58,294 nt of DNA. Source: an uncultured Sphingomonas sp. GTDB lineage: Bacteria > Pseudomonadota > Alphaproteobacteria > Sphingomonadales > Sphingomonadaceae. A program made the position numbers and the translations under genes. Below are positions 31,030-41,759 of the stretch, in pieces; within the stretch, counting starts at the first letter, position 1, and each line of letters opens with the position of its first letter. The notes under the pieces were generated by a model, which worked only from the letters and a program-made list of their open reading frames with translations, made no database searches and had not been told where the DNA came from. The stretch lies in contig CBDUBN010000001.1 in NCBI GenBank assembly GCA_965365395.1, positions 1-58,294 on the forward strand. The letters run 5' to 3'.

Positions 31030-33024
31030 TCAGTCCGCCGGCTCATACACATATTCGTGCTGCGCGTCGCGCACGACCAGCGCGTCGTGCGCACCCGCGC
31101 CGGGGCGCATCGTGAATTCGAAGCCGATCACGCCCGCGTCGGTGGTGACGAAGGCAGTCGTGCCGTCGTCGTTGCGGCGCGTCGTCACCTCGCTGCCGAA
31201 GCTACCGAAGTCGAACCTTGGACGCGAGCCGTCGCGTGTCACCAGGATCGTGCCGATCTCTGGGTTGGTGTAGCGGCCGGCGAGCCTCGCCACCGCATCT
31301 GGCCGCGGCGCGGCATCGAGGCGCGCGACTTCGGCCTCATGGCCGGCGCGCCGCCGCAAGGCAGCGAAATGCACCTCCCGCGCCGCGCGGGGTTCCGCCC
31401 CATAGGCCAACTCGATCAGCCGCCGGAGGAACGGCCGCAGCAGGTTACCGCCGCTGTCGCTGTTGGTGAGGAGGACGGCGCCGATCCCCGCATCGGGCAG
31501 GATTGCGATGTCGCTCTTGTAGCCCGCCATCGACCCGCCGTGATGGATCAGGCTGGCGCCCGAGAATAGCTCGGTCTCCAGCCCCATTCCGTACCAGCTC
31601 GTCTCGCCAGTCTGCACCCCGCGCGCGCGGCGCATGAGGAGGTTTTCAGCCGAGACCATGCGCCGGCCGTCCGGGAGCACGCCCTGGCGTAGCTCGTTCT
31701 GGACGTAGCGCGCCATGTCCGCGGCGCTTGACCACAGGCCGCCCGTCGGACGCATGAAATACACGCTGTCGTTGAAGCTCGCCTGCACATGCTGCGGTGC
31801 GAAGGTCAGACCCTCGCTGTGCGGCCGCGCCCAGTTGCCCTGCATCGCGCGGCCGAAATCAAGGGTCGAGCGGCGCATGCCGAGCGGGTCGAGCACTCGC
31901 TCCTGAATCATGCGATCATAAGCGGTGCCCATTTCCAGTTCGGGGTGCAGCACGTGCGCGGCGACATAGCCTGCCGCCGCGGCCAGATGGTTGCTATACT
32001 GATACTGCGCGCCGAACGCGCTGGTCGGTATCACCCGCGCAAGCTGGTCGAAGGTCGTCGACGCAGGCGTTTGCAGCCCCGCGGTCATGATCCAGTCAAG
32101 GTCGCGCCGGGGCAGGCCGGTGCATGCGCAGATCAGATGGCGCACGGTGACCGCTCGGGTGGCCTCCTCGCTGCCAAGGCGGAATTCAGGATATAGTTCG
32201 GTGACGGGCTGGTCCCAGCGCACCCGGCCCTCATCGACCAGTTGCGCGAACACCAGCGTCGTCAGGCTCTTGGTGTTCGATGCCACCATGTAGAGCGAGT
32301 CGGCATCGACCGGGGTGGTCTCTCCGACCGCGCGCACGCCGATGCCACCCTGCGCGATAACACGGTCGGGCGTGACGACCGCGTAGGACAGGCCGGGGAT
32401 GCCCAATTCTTCCATCGCCGTGGTCAGGAACGCGCGCAGTTCGGCAACCCTTGCGTCGTCGAACGGCCGTGCCGCACGGCCCGCGAGATTTTCAGCGACA
32501 TAGCCGGCCGGGCGAATGCTTTCGAACAACTGCGTATGGGCGCCAAGGTTGAGTTCGAACGCCGCCTCGCTCGCGTCGATCAGCCATACGCTCCATCGGC
32601 CCTCGCGCTCGCTGGCGAAAGCGGCGACGAACCGCCGCTCATTGGGCGAGGTGCGGTAGACCGCGCTCGATGCGGCTGAATATCCCTCGGTCGGTGCACG
32701 CTCGGCGACGACGAGCGGGGCGCGCGCGAACGAGCGATCATATTGCGCCCAGGCCGAAGCCATGGCGGCGGCGGCGTCGGCCGCCTCGACGTCGGCGATC
32801 ACGAAGGCATAGTCGCCCTCGGCCGGAGCCAGCCGGGTGGTGCCGCCTACCTCGCGCCGCTGCCATCCAGGCGGCAACGTAAAGGCGGTGCCACCCGCGC
32901 TTTCCATGCGTTCCAGGCTTGGCGCGGACCTTTCGACAGGAGCGGCGGGTTCGCTCTCCTGCGCTACGAGGGGAGCAGCCCCCAAAAGGCTTCCAGCCAG
33001 AAAAAGGGCGTTTGACAGACGCAT
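31030..33024 (-). CDS. serine hydrolase (beta-lactamase/AmpC-like S12 family) with N-terminal extension and C-terminal DUF3471-like domain
   Basis: Signal peptide, SxxK (ASNTK), YxN (YSN), HGGS..G, LAGRYTNPEIG; start re-picked at 33024. Confidence 0.88.
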   Translation of the reverse strand: MRLSNALFLAGSLLGAAPLVAQESEPAAPVERSAPSLERMESAGGTAFTLPPGWQRREVGGTTRLAPAEGDYAFVIADVEAADAAAAMASAWAQYDRSFARAPLVVAERAPTEGYSAASSAVYRTSPNERRFVAAFASEREGRWSVWLIDASEAAFELNLGAHTQLFESIRPAGYVAENLAGRAARPFDDARVAELRAFLTTAMEELGIPGLSYAVVTPDRVIAQGGIGVRAVGETTPVDADSLYMVASNTKSLTTLVFAQLVDEGRVRWDQPVTELYPEFRLGSEEATRAVTVRHLICACTGLPRRDLDWIMTAGLQTPASTTFDQLARVIPTSAFGAQYQYSNHLAAAAGYVAAHVLHPELEMGTAYDRMIQERVLDPLGMRRSTLDFGRAMQGNWARPHSEGLTFAPQHVQASFNDSVYFMRPTGGLWSSAADMARYVQNELRQGVLPDGRRMVSAENLLMRRARGVQTGETSWYGMGLETELFSGASLIHHGGSMAGYKSDIAILPDAGIGAVLLTNSDSGGNLLRPFLRRLIELAYGAEPRAAREVHFAALRRRAGHEAEVARLDAAPRPDAVARLAGRYTNPEIGTILVTRDGSRPRFDFGSFGSEVTTRRNDDGTTAFVTTDAGVIGFEFTMRPGAGAHDALVVRDAQHEYVYEPAD

Positions 33025-33102
33025 GAACCATCCCCCCGGCAGTCGTTCGACCACGCGAGAATAGCCGCGCCGCGCGCCGACGCAAGGTGGCAACGCGGAC
33101 CC

Positions 33103-35130
33103 CTACCCCGGCGTGCTCTTGCCCAGATAATAGCTCAGCCGGTTGCGCTGCGACTCGGCCGCGCCGGGGCGGATGCTGTCGTAGACGACGGCGTTCTCCA
33201 GGACGCGCTGGACATAGTTGCGCGTCTCGTAAATCGGAATCGCCTCGATCCAGTCGAGGATGTCGATGCCGCCGTTGCGCGGGTCACCGTTGGCACGCAG
33301 CCAGCGGTTCACGTTGCCGGGGCCGGCGTTGTACGCCGCGACGGCGAGAGGGTAACTGCCGCCGTAATAGCTCAGCATCCGCTGAAAATAGGCGGACCCG
33401 AGCATGATATTGTAGCTGGTGTCGCTCGTCAGCTGTCCCTGCTCGTAACCCAGCCCCAGCATGCCCGCCTGCTCGCGCGCGGTGCCGGGCATCAGCTGCA
33501 TCAGACCGCGCGCGCCGGCATGGCTTTGCGCGGCACGGTCGAACTGGCTTTCCTGCCGGGTGATGGCGTGGATAAAGGTCCAATTGGCGTCCAGCCCGGC
33601 GGGCACTTCGACGGTGGGGAAGGCGGCGGTGGCAAAGCCGTCGTGGCCATTGATACGGGCGCTGCGGCCGATCATCACCGACAGGTCGGGCCGGCCGATC
33701 TCGGCCGCGAGCGCGGCGGCGAAGCGATGTTCGGCATCGGTGCGGGCGCTGTTGGAAATGGCGCGCAGGAACAGCGTCTGGTCGCGCCACTGGCCGGCGG
33801 CGCCAAGTGCGCGCGCGGCCTGGACGACGCTGGTCGCCTCGAACGCCGCGCGCTCCTGGGGGGTCGGCACCGGCACGGGCGTGACCGCCGGACGCGGCTG
33901 TGCCATGCCGAGCCTCTCGACCGCGAGCTGGCCATGGAACTGGTCGAAATCCGCCGCCGCACGGGTGTAATAGCCGCTGGCCAGCGCCGCGTCGCCGGCC
34001 TGCTGTGCCGCGCGTCCGGCCCAGTAAAGCCCGCGCGCGCGGACTTGAGGCGAACGCCCACCCGCCGCGTACAGGGCGAAGAGATCGACCGCATCGCGCG
34101 GCCGGCCGAGTTGCCTCAGCGCGGTATTGGCGCCCAGCCACAGCAGGTTCGTATATTCGTCGCGCACGCCGATCGGCTGGCTCAGCGGATCGGTGCCCGC
34201 CGGAAACAGGTCGTCGACGCGTCGCGCGATCTGGTAGGCGGTCTGCGCGTCCCCGCTGTCCGCCGCGCCACGTGCCTGCGCGACGAGCAGTTCCAGCCAT
34301 TTTTCCGCATCGCGCGGCGGCGCGGACAGGCTGCGCGGACCCGCCAGCAGCGCGCGGGCGGCGGTTGCCTGCCCGGTCGCCGCCAGCCAAGCGGCCTTGT
34401 CGGCGATGTAGCCGGCGTTGGCGATCGTCAGCGCAGGGTCGATGCTCTCGGCCTCCGCCGCGCGCAGCGCCGCACCGGTGGCGCGGGTACGAAAGGCGAG
34501 CCGGGCGGAAAACTCGGGCGAGCGCGCCGGCGAGACGAGCGCGATCTGGCGCGCCGCCGCGGTGGTGGCGCCCGACCACAGCAGCCGGTCCATGCGATCG
34601 TCATGGTCGGTGGAGGTCAGCGCGCCGGAGAACAGCCCCAGCAGCTTGCCCTCCTCGTCGGCGGACAGTGGCCCCCCGGTCCAGGCGCGCCGCGCCGCCA
34701 CGCGTGCCTCGTCGGTTCGACCCGCGGAAAGGAGGGCGAGCGCGTGCCGCAGATGGCCCGACGCGCTGGTGGGGGCGAAGCGCGCGAAATAGTCGACCGC
34801 GGCAGGCGGGGCATAGGCATCGATGCTGATCGCATCCTCGGCCTTGCGCCTGAACTCCGCCTCGTTCGGCCAGCCGGGGTTGGCGAGGAGGAAGCCCGAC
34901 ACGGCGTCGAAGGAAGGGCGTGGATCGATGCGCAACGCATTCCACTGCGCCAGGGCAAGGTTGATGTCGGCGGACGGGACCGGCGCGCTCTGCTGCCAGT
35001 CGGCATTCTGGGCGATGCACATGGCGGGCGCGAGCAGCAGCGCCAGCAGCGCGAGCCGCGACGTACCGGACTGCAGCCGCGCCGACGGGAAGCGATCGGA
35101 GAGGCGGGAAGCGGCGAACATGCTTGCCAT
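33103..35130 (-). CDS. slt: soluble lytic murein transglycosylase (Slt70-like)
   Basis: Helical N-domain, ITRQESQF, GARGLMQLMPGTA, AAYNAGPG, ETRNYVQRVLEN. Confidence 0.93.
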   Translation of the reverse strand: MASMFAASRLSDRFPSARLQSGTSRLALLALLLAPAMCIAQNADWQQSAPVPSADINLALAQWNALRIDPRPSFDAVSGFLLANPGWPNEAEFRRKAEDAISIDAYAPPAAVDYFARFAPTSASGHLRHALALLSAGRTDEARVAARRAWTGGPLSADEEGKLLGLFSGALTSTDHDDRMDRLLWSGATTAAARQIALVSPARSPEFSARLAFRTRATGAALRAAEAESIDPALTIANAGYIADKAAWLAATGQATAARALLAGPRSLSAPPRDAEKWLELLVAQARGAADSGDAQTAYQIARRVDDLFPAGTDPLSQPIGVRDEYTNLLWLGANTALRQLGRPRDAVDLFALYAAGGRSPQVRARGLYWAGRAAQQAGDAALASGYYTRAAADFDQFHGQLAVERLGMAQPRPAVTPVPVPTPQERAAFEATSVVQAARALGAAGQWRDQTLFLRAISNSARTDAEHRFAAALAAEIGRPDLSVMIGRSARINGHDGFATAAFPTVEVPAGLDANWTFIHAITRQESQFDRAAQSHAGARGLMQLMPGTAREQAGMLGLGYEQGQLTSDTSYNIMLGSAYFQRMLSYYGGSYPLAVAAYNAGPGNVNRWLRANGDPRNGGIDILDWIEAIPIYETRNYVQRVLENAVVYDSIRPGAAESQRNRLSYYLGKSTPG

Positions 35131-35245
35131 GATGGGGGCGGGTTCCTTATCTGGCGCTGAACGGCGGATGCCGCCCGAGAAGCCACGTCATCGTGCTGCT
35201 CGCGAGTCTAGGCCGGGCTGAATCGGCCTGTAAAGGAGCATACGC

Positions 35246-36121
35246 ATGTTTTCGGGCTCGATCCCGGCCCTGGTGACGCCCTTTCGCGGCGGGTCGCTCG
35301 ACGAGGTTGCGCTGGCGCGGCTGGTCGATTGGCAGATCGAAAGCGGATCGTCGGCGCTGGTGCCTTGCGGGACGACCGGCGAGAGCGCGACATTGTCCTT
35401 CGACGAGCATTACCGCGTGTTCGACGTGGTGATCGAGGCCGCGGCGGGGCGCGTTCCCGTGATCGCCGGCTGCGGGTCGAACGATACGGCGACCGCGCTA
35501 CGCCACATGGCGCGCGCAAAACGGGCGGGCGCGAGCGCGGCGCTGGTCGTCGCGCCCTATTACAACCGGCCGAGCCAGGAGGGCATCGTCGCGCATTTTG
35601 CGGCACTGGCGGGCAGCGGCGATCTGCCCGTCGTCGTGTACAATGTGCCGGGCCGCACGGTGACGGACATCCTGCCCGAGACGCTGGCGCGCATCGCCGC
35701 GCTGCCGGGCGTGGCCGCGGTCAAGGATGCGAGCGGCGATCTGGGCCGGGTGACCGAGCATTTTCGCCTAATGGGACCGGGGTTCGCGCAGCTGTCCGGC
35801 AACGACGACCTGTGGCTGAGCCATGCGGTGCTGGGTGGGGCGGGGTGCATATCGGTCAGCGCCAATGTGGCACCCGCGCTGTGCGCCCGGTTTGCCGCGG
35901 CTTGCGCCAGCGGGGCGTGGAGCGAGGCGCGGCGCCTGCATGACGGGCTGTTCGCGCTGCACCGCGCAATGTTCGCCGATGCGAGCCCAGCGCCCGCCAA
36001 ATATGCGCTGTCGCGGCTGCACGACTGGTTCGATCCCGAAGTGCGGCTGCCGATCGTGCCGGCGGCACAGCCGGCGCGCGGCGCGGTCGACGCGGCGCTC
36101 GTCGAGGCGGGGCTGCTCTGA
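35246..36121 (+). CDS. dapA: 4-hydroxy-tetrahydrodipicolinate synthase
   Basis: [38 protein letters not shown]. Confidence 0.96.
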   Translation: MFSGSIPALVTPFRGGSLDEVALARLVDWQIESGSSALVPCGTTGESATLSFDEHYRVFDVVIEAAAGRVPVIAGCGSNDTATALRHMARAKRAGASAALVVAPYYNRPSQEGIVAHFAALAGSGDLPVVVYNVPGRTVTDILPETLARIAALPGVAAVKDASGDLGRVTEHFRLMGPGFAQLSGNDDLWLSHAVLGGAGCISVSANVAPALCARFAAACASGAWSEARRLHDGLFALHRAMFADASPAPAKYALSRLHDWFDPEVRLPIVPAAQPARGAVDAALVEAGLL

Positions 36122-36603
36122 TGGCGCGGCCGCATCCGACCGAGTTCGAGAAGACCAAGATCGTCGCCGACAACCGGCGCGCAAAGTTCGATTACGCGAT
36201 CGACACCGTGTACGAGGCGGGGATCGCGCTGACCGGAACCGAGGTGAAGTCGTTGCGCTTCGGCGACGGCAGCATCGGCGACAGCTATGCCGAGGTGAAG
36301 GACGGGCAGGTGTGGTTGATCAACAGCCATATCCCGGAATTCAGCCACGGCAACCGGCACAACCATGAGCCACGCCGTCCGCGCAAGCTGCTGCTGTCCG
36401 CGCGCGAGATCCGCAAGATGCACGGCGCGGTCGGGCGCGAGGGCATGACGCTCGTGCCGCTCACGGTCTATTTCAACAGCCGCGGCCGCGCCAAGGTCGA
36501 ACTGGCGCTGGCCAAGGGTCGCAAGGCGCACGACAAACGCGAGCATATCAAGGAACGCGACTGGAAGCGCGACGCGCAGCGCATCCTGCGGGACAAGGGA
36601 TGA
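36121..36603 (+). CDS. smpB: SsrA-binding protein
   Basis: [39 protein letters not shown]. Confidence 0.98.
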   Translation: MARPHPTEFEKTKIVADNRRAKFDYAIDTVYEAGIALTGTEVKSLRFGDGSIGDSYAEVKDGQVWLINSHIPEFSHGNRHNHEPRRPRKLLLSAREIRKMHGAVGREGMTLVPLTVYFNSRGRAKVELALAKGRKAHDKREHIKERDWKRDAQRILRDKG

Positions 36604-37154
36604 TGGCGCGTCTTTCCGGCTGGGTGAAGCGCAACAGCCCGACGCGCGAGCAGCTGCTGGAAAGCCGTTGGCTCAAACCGTTCGCGCACCGTATCGCGCA
36701 TAGCGAATTGTGGCGCTTCACGCGGCGGTCGGTGCCGCGCGGCGTCGCGCTCGGCCTGTTCGTCGGCATTTTCCTGCTGATACCCGGCGTCCAGATCATC
36801 GGCGTGGCGATGCTGGCGTTGCCGGTCCGCGCGAACATCCCGATCGGCGCGGCCATGACCTTCCTGTCGAACCCCGCGACCACGCCGTTCATCATCGCGG
36901 GTTCCGTGTGGACAGGGAACAGCCTGTTCGGCCTGCGCGCGGACTCCAGCATGTTGACCCAGCTGTGGGATAGCGGCGCCAGCGTCGGCGAATGGGCCGG
37001 CTGGTTCTTTTCCGACGCGGCGCCCGCGCTGCTCGCCGGGCTGTTCGTCATTTCGGCGGTGTCGGCGCTGCTGGGTTATGCGCTGGGGTCGGTCGCCTGG
37101 GACAATATGCTGCGCTGGCGCTGGCGGATGCGCAAGCGACGGCGCGCCGCCTGA
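36600..37154 (+). CDS. DUF2062 domain membrane protein
   Basis: [25 protein letters not shown]......SNP.T; overlaps the smpB stop. Start 36600 or 36603. Confidence 0.88.
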   Translation: MMARLSGWVKRNSPTREQLLESRWLKPFAHRIAHSELWRFTRRSVPRGVALGLFVGIFLLIPGVQIIGVAMLALPVRANIPIGAAMTFLSNPATTPFIIAGSVWTGNSLFGLRADSSMLTQLWDSGASVGEWAGWFFSDAAPALLAGLFVISAVSALLGYALGSVAWDNMLRWRWRMRKRRRAA

Positions 37155-37183
37155 TCGGCCGAGCGCCGCCGTCATCGGCTCGC

Positions 37184-37212
37184 TTGTGCGTGCCGGACCA
37201 AGGGCTTAGGAG
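37184..37212 (+). promoter_or_regulatory. candidate sigma70 promoter of M13 peptidase-cckA unit
   Basis: TTGTGC-N17-TAGGAG. Confidence 0.3.
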
Positions 37213-37272
37213 CAGCGCCAATGGCAGGCCCCAGCGGAACTGCCGACCCCGTAAGTCCCGGAGAGACGCCTC

Positions 37273-39342
37273 GTGAACATCACTCGACTGACCATTGCTC
37301 TGGCTTCCGTTTCCGCCCTCGCGCTGGGCGCGTGCGCGACACCCGTGGCCGAAGCGCCGGTCGCGCCCGTTGCCGCCGCCGGGCCCGCGCCCGCGCCCGC
37401 CCGCCCCGCGCCGCAGATCGGCAGTTTCGGTTTCGATATGGCGGGCATGGACCGCGGTGTCGCCGCCGGGGACGACTTCTATGCCTTCGCCAACGGCAAC
37501 TGGGCGCGCAGCACCGCCATCCCGGCCGACAAGTCCAATTACGGCATGTTTACCGTCCTCGGCGATCTCAGCCTTGCGCGCACGCGCGCGATCCTGGACG
37601 AGAAGCGCGGCGACGCGGGGAGCGCGGTCGGGCGCGCCTATGCCAGCTATCTCGACGAGGCGGGTGTCGAGGCGCGCGGCCTGGCCCCGATACGACCCTG
37701 GCTGGACGAAATCAGGGCCCTGCGCAGCCGCGGCGATTATGCGGCGCTGGCGGCCAAGGCCGACCGCGCCGGCATTCCGACGCTGTTCGGCAGCTATGTC
37801 GGCCAGGACGACCGCAGCCCCGACCACTATATCTTCACGATGGCGCAGGCTGGCCTCGGCATGCCCGATCGCGATTACTATCTGGAGGCGGCGCCGCGGT
37901 TCGCGACCGCGCGCACCGCCTATCTCGCGCATCTCGAAACCATGCTGACGCTGGCGGGCGAAACGAACGCGCGCGCCCGCGCCGCCGCGATCATGGCCTA
38001 TGAAACCCGGCTGGCACGCGCCCACTGGAACCGCATCGACAGTTCGGACGCCACCAAGACCTACAACAAGATCACGCTCACCGACCTGCAGCGCAGCGCG
38101 CCAGGCTTCGACTTCGGCGGCTTCCTGCGGGGCGTCGGCGTCGACCAGACCGAGCTTCTGGTCAACCAGCCGACCGCCTTCACCGCGATGGCCCGCGAGT
38201 TCGCGCGCGCGCCCGTCGGCGTGCTGCGCGACCAGCTGATCGTGCGCAGCCTCGCGACCTATTCGGACGAACTGCCCGCCGCGGTCGGCGATGCGACCTT
38301 CGCCTTCTACGGCACGGCGCTGTCCGGCACGCCTCAGCGCGAGGAGCGGTGGAAGCGCGCGGTCCGCTTCACCGAGAATGTGCTGGGCGACGAGCTCAGC
38401 CAGCTTTACGTCGCGCGCCATTATCCGCCCGAAACGAAGGCGGCGATGGACACGCTGGTCGCGAACGTGCTCGATGCGCTGGGCACGCGGATCGACGGCC
38501 TTGCCTGGATGCAACCGGAAACGAAGGCGCGCGCACGCGCGAAGCTCGCCAATTTCACGGTAAAGGTCGGCTATCCCGACCGCTGGCGCGACTATGCGGG
38601 CCTCGACATCCGCGCCGACGACGTGTTCGGCAATGCCTGGCGCGCGAACGAGTTCGAGCATGCCTATCAGATCGGCAAGCTGGGCGGCGAGGTGCGGCGC
38701 TGGGAGTGGGGCATGACGCCGATGACCGTCAATGCCTACGCCAATTTCAGCATGAACGAGATCGTGTTCCCTGCCGCGATCCTGCAGCCTCCGTTTTTCG
38801 ACCCGAATGCGGATCCGGCGATCAACTATGGCGGCATCGGCGCAGTCATCGGGCACGAAATCAGCCACCATTTCGACGACCAGGGCGCGAAATATGACGA
38901 AACCGGCAGGCTCGCCGACTGGTGGACCGCGGCGGACCTTGCCGCGTTCGAGGCGGCCGGGCGGCGTCTGATCCAGCAATATGACGCCTATGAAGTGCTC
39001 GGCGAGCGTATCAACGGCGAATTCACGCTGGGCGAGAATATCGGGGACCTGGCCGGTCTCGCCATCGCCTATGACGCGTACAGGAAGTCGCTGAACGGCG
39101 CGGAGGCACCCGTGATCGACGGCATGACCGGCGATCAGCGTTTCTACCTCGGCTGGGCGCAGGTGTGGCGGCGCAATTACCGCGATGCCAACCTGCTGCA
39201 GCGACTGACCACCGATCCGCATTCGCCGTCGATCCAGCGCGCCTGGGTCGTGCGCAATCTCGACAACTGGTATGACGCCTATCAGGTCCGTCCGGGCCAG
39301 CGCCTGTATCTGGCGCCCGAAGAGCGCGTGCGCATCTGGTGA
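37273..39342 (+). CDS. M13 family (neprilysin/PepO-like) metallopeptidase, lipoprotein
   Basis: Lipobox LALGAC, GDDFYAFANG.W, VNAY, FPAAILQPPFF, HEISH, GENIGD, DPHSP. Confidence 0.94.
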   Translation: MNITRLTIALASVSALALGACATPVAEAPVAPVAAAGPAPAPARPAPQIGSFGFDMAGMDRGVAAGDDFYAFANGNWARSTAIPADKSNYGMFTVLGDLSLARTRAILDEKRGDAGSAVGRAYASYLDEAGVEARGLAPIRPWLDEIRALRSRGDYAALAAKADRAGIPTLFGSYVGQDDRSPDHYIFTMAQAGLGMPDRDYYLEAAPRFATARTAYLAHLETMLTLAGETNARARAAAIMAYETRLARAHWNRIDSSDATKTYNKITLTDLQRSAPGFDFGGFLRGVGVDQTELLVNQPTAFTAMAREFARAPVGVLRDQLIVRSLATYSDELPAAVGDATFAFYGTALSGTPQREERWKRAVRFTENVLGDELSQLYVARHYPPETKAAMDTLVANVLDALGTRIDGLAWMQPETKARARAKLANFTVKVGYPDRWRDYAGLDIRADDVFGNAWRANEFEHAYQIGKLGGEVRRWEWGMTPMTVNAYANFSMNEIVFPAAILQPPFFDPNADPAINYGGIGAVIGHEISHHFDDQGAKYDETGRLADWWTAADLAAFEAAGRRLIQQYDAYEVLGERINGEFTLGENIGDLAGLAIAYDAYRKSLNGAEAPVIDGMTGDQRFYLGWAQVWRRNYRDANLLQRLTTDPHSPSIQRAWVVRNLDNWYDAYQVRPGQRLYLAPEERVRIW

Positions 39343-41756
39343 ACGGCGCGGGCGCAGCGGACGGCGCGACCATCTTCGGGAGCGCAGGCGCGCGCCCCGC
39401 GCTGTTGCCGACGATCGGCGTGGCCGCGGCCGCGTTGCTGTCCGGCGTCGCGGTGTGGCTGCCGACGGGGTCCGCCGCGCTGACCGGTGGATTCGTGGGC
39501 GCCGGGCTGCTGGGCGCGGCGCTCATCTGGGCGCTGCACGGGCGCGCCCAACCCGTCGAGGCGGTGGACGAGGCCGGCAATGACTGGGGCCTGGTGCGTT
39601 CGGTGGCCGAAGCGGCGGGCAATGCGGTGGCGATCACCGATCGCACCGGCCGGCTGGTATGCGCCAACGACATCTATTGCGACTGGTTCGGCGGGGCCGT
39701 GACGCCGCCCGGCCTGCCGGTCGATGCAGGGACCGCGGCGTTGCTGGCCGACGCAGGCAGCACCGCCTGGCGCGACGGCGAGGCGGCGGTCGCGGATTTC
39801 AGCTGCGCCGGCCATGTGACGACCGGTATCGTCACGCGTATCGGCCGCGGGTCCGATCACCTGTTGTGGCAATGGCAGCGCCATGTCGCGAGCGACGCGG
39901 TCGCGGATGCGTCGGTCGCGATCAGCGGCAGCGTCGGCAAGGCGCTGGGCGAGGCTGGTGTGATGGCCGCGGTGACCAGCGCCGCGGGAACGATCCGTGC
40001 CGCCAACGCCGCCTTTCGCCTGCGCGCCACCGGCGACCTTTACGCCAGCATCGAAGGCCATGATTTCGCCGGGTTGCTGAAGCTCGATTCGAGCGGTCTT
40101 ATCCGCTTCTCCCGCGAGCGCGAAGGCGAGGGCGCGACGCCGCTTCGCATACTCGAGGTGCCGTTCGATGCCAGCACGCCGGCATCTCCGTTGGTGCTGC
40201 TGCTGATCGACGAGGAGGGCGGCGCCGCTGACCGCGGTGTCGCGCTCGATTATGTCGAGAATCTGCTCAGCGCGCTACCGTTCGGCATGGCCATGGTCGA
40301 CCGCGACGGCCGTTTCCTGTTCATCAACCGCGCCTTCGCCGAGGTTGCGGCCGCGGGGCCGGGGGAGGCCATCCACTATCCCGGCGACCTGCTGGTCAGC
40401 GAGGACAAGGCGGCGATCGGCGAAGCGATCCGGCGCCACGCGGCGGGCCGGGGCAGCAGCGGCACGATCGCGGTGCGGCTGCGGTCCCGCCCGGATGCGT
40501 CCGCGACGATCGGCCTGCACGGCGTGCGCGGCATCGGCCAGGCGGCGGTGCTGCTGACGCTGCAGCCCGAGGCGGGCGACAGCGACATCAAGCAGCAGAT
40601 GGTGCAAGCGACCAAGATGCAGGCGGTGGGCCAACTCGCCGGCGGCATCGCGCATGACTTCAACAACATATTGACCGCGATCATCGGCAGCTGCGACCTC
40701 ATGCTGGCGCGCCACACCGCCGGGGATACCGATTATGACGACATCCAGCAGATCCGCAGCAACAGCAACCGCGCCGCCAATCTGACGCGGCAATTGCTCG
40801 CTTTCTCGCGTCAGCAAACGTTGCGGCCGCAGATATTGAACCTGTCGGACATCGTCGCCGACGTTTCGCACCTGCTGCAGCGCCTGCTCGGCGAGCGGAT
40901 CGCGCTGGACGTGCAGCATGGCCGGGGCCTCGGCCCGGTGCGCGCCGACCCGGTGCAGCTCGAGCAGGTGATCGTCAACCTGGCGGTCAACGCGCGCGAC
41001 GCCATGCCGCAGGGGGGCAAGCTTCCCATCGCGACCGCGGCGGTAGGCCCCGCCGACATCAGCACGGCGGGCGGGCCAGCGGGCGGCGAGGGCATGCCGC
41101 CGGGCGCCTATAGCCTGCTGAGCGTATCGGACACCGGCAGCGGCATCGCGCCAGAGGTCCTGCCGAAGATTTTCGAGCCGTTCTTCACCACCAAGGATGT
41201 CGGCAAGGGCACAGGGCTGGGCCTGGCGACGGTCTATGGCATCGTCAAACAGTCGGGTGGCTATATCTTCGCCGAGTCAGAGCGGGGGCAGGGCACGCGC
41301 TTTTCGATCTACCTGCCCGTCCACCACGGCGCGGCGGAGGCCGAACCCGCGCCCAAACCCCCCGCGGTCGCGCGCAGCCTGCACTGGGGGAGCGGCACGA
41401 TCCTGCTGGTCGAGGACGAGGATATGGTCCGCGCGGTGGCCGAGCGCGCGCTGGTTCGGGCCGGTTATAGCGTGATCAGCGCCGCGCATGGCGAGGAGGG
41501 GCTGGAACGTTTCGTGGGAACGAGCGACATAGACCTGGTCGTCAGCGACGTGATGATGCCGCAGATGGACGGGCCGGCGATGGTCGAGGCGATCCGGGCG
41601 CGGCGCGCCGACGTGCCGGTATTGTTCATGTCCGGCTATGCCGAGGAGCAGCTGCGCCAGACCATCGCCATGCCCAACGTCGCCTTTCTCGCCAAGCCCT
41701 TCTCGGTCGCGCAGCTGGTCGATGCGGTGGCGACCATCCGGGATGCATCGAGCTGA
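39339..41756 (+). CDS. cckA: hybrid sensor histidine kinase/response regulator, CckA-like
   Basis: Two N-terminal TMs, PAS-like regions, [53 protein letters not shown], receiver LLVEDED...SDVMMP. Confidence 0.85.
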   Translation: MNGAGAADGATIFGSAGARPALLPTIGVAAAALLSGVAVWLPTGSAALTGGFVGAGLLGAALIWALHGRAQPVEAVDEAGNDWGLVRSVAEAAGNAVAITDRTGRLVCANDIYCDWFGGAVTPPGLPVDAGTAALLADAGSTAWRDGEAAVADFSCAGHVTTGIVTRIGRGSDHLLWQWQRHVASDAVADASVAISGSVGKALGEAGVMAAVTSAAGTIRAANAAFRLRATGDLYASIEGHDFAGLLKLDSSGLIRFSREREGEGATPLRILEVPFDASTPASPLVLLLIDEEGGAADRGVALDYVENLLSALPFGMAMVDRDGRFLFINRAFAEVAAAGPGEAIHYPGDLLVSEDKAAIGEAIRRHAAGRGSSGTIAVRLRSRPDASATIGLHGVRGIGQAAVLLTLQPEAGDSDIKQQMVQATKMQAVGQLAGGIAHDFNNILTAIIGSCDLMLARHTAGDTDYDDIQQIRSNSNRAANLTRQLLAFSRQQTLRPQILNLSDIVADVSHLLQRLLGERIALDVQHGRGLGPVRADPVQLEQVIVNLAVNARDAMPQGGKLPIATAAVGPADISTAGGPAGGEGMPPGAYSLLSVSDTGSGIAPEVLPKIFEPFFTTKDVGKGTGLGLATVYGIVKQSGGYIFAESERGQGTRFSIYLPVHHGAAEAEPAPKPPAVARSLHWGSGTILLVEDEDMVRAVAERALVRAGYSVISAAHGEEGLERFVGTSDIDLVVSDVMMPQMDGPAMVEAIRARRADVPVLFMSGYAEEQLRQTIAMPNVAFLAKPFSVAQLVDAVATIRDASS

Positions 41757-41759
41757 ACG

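Noticed and set aside
37155-37272. tmRNA or other ncRNA near smpB
   Set aside because: The gap is only 118 bp with no tRNA-like domain; it contains a plausible promoter.
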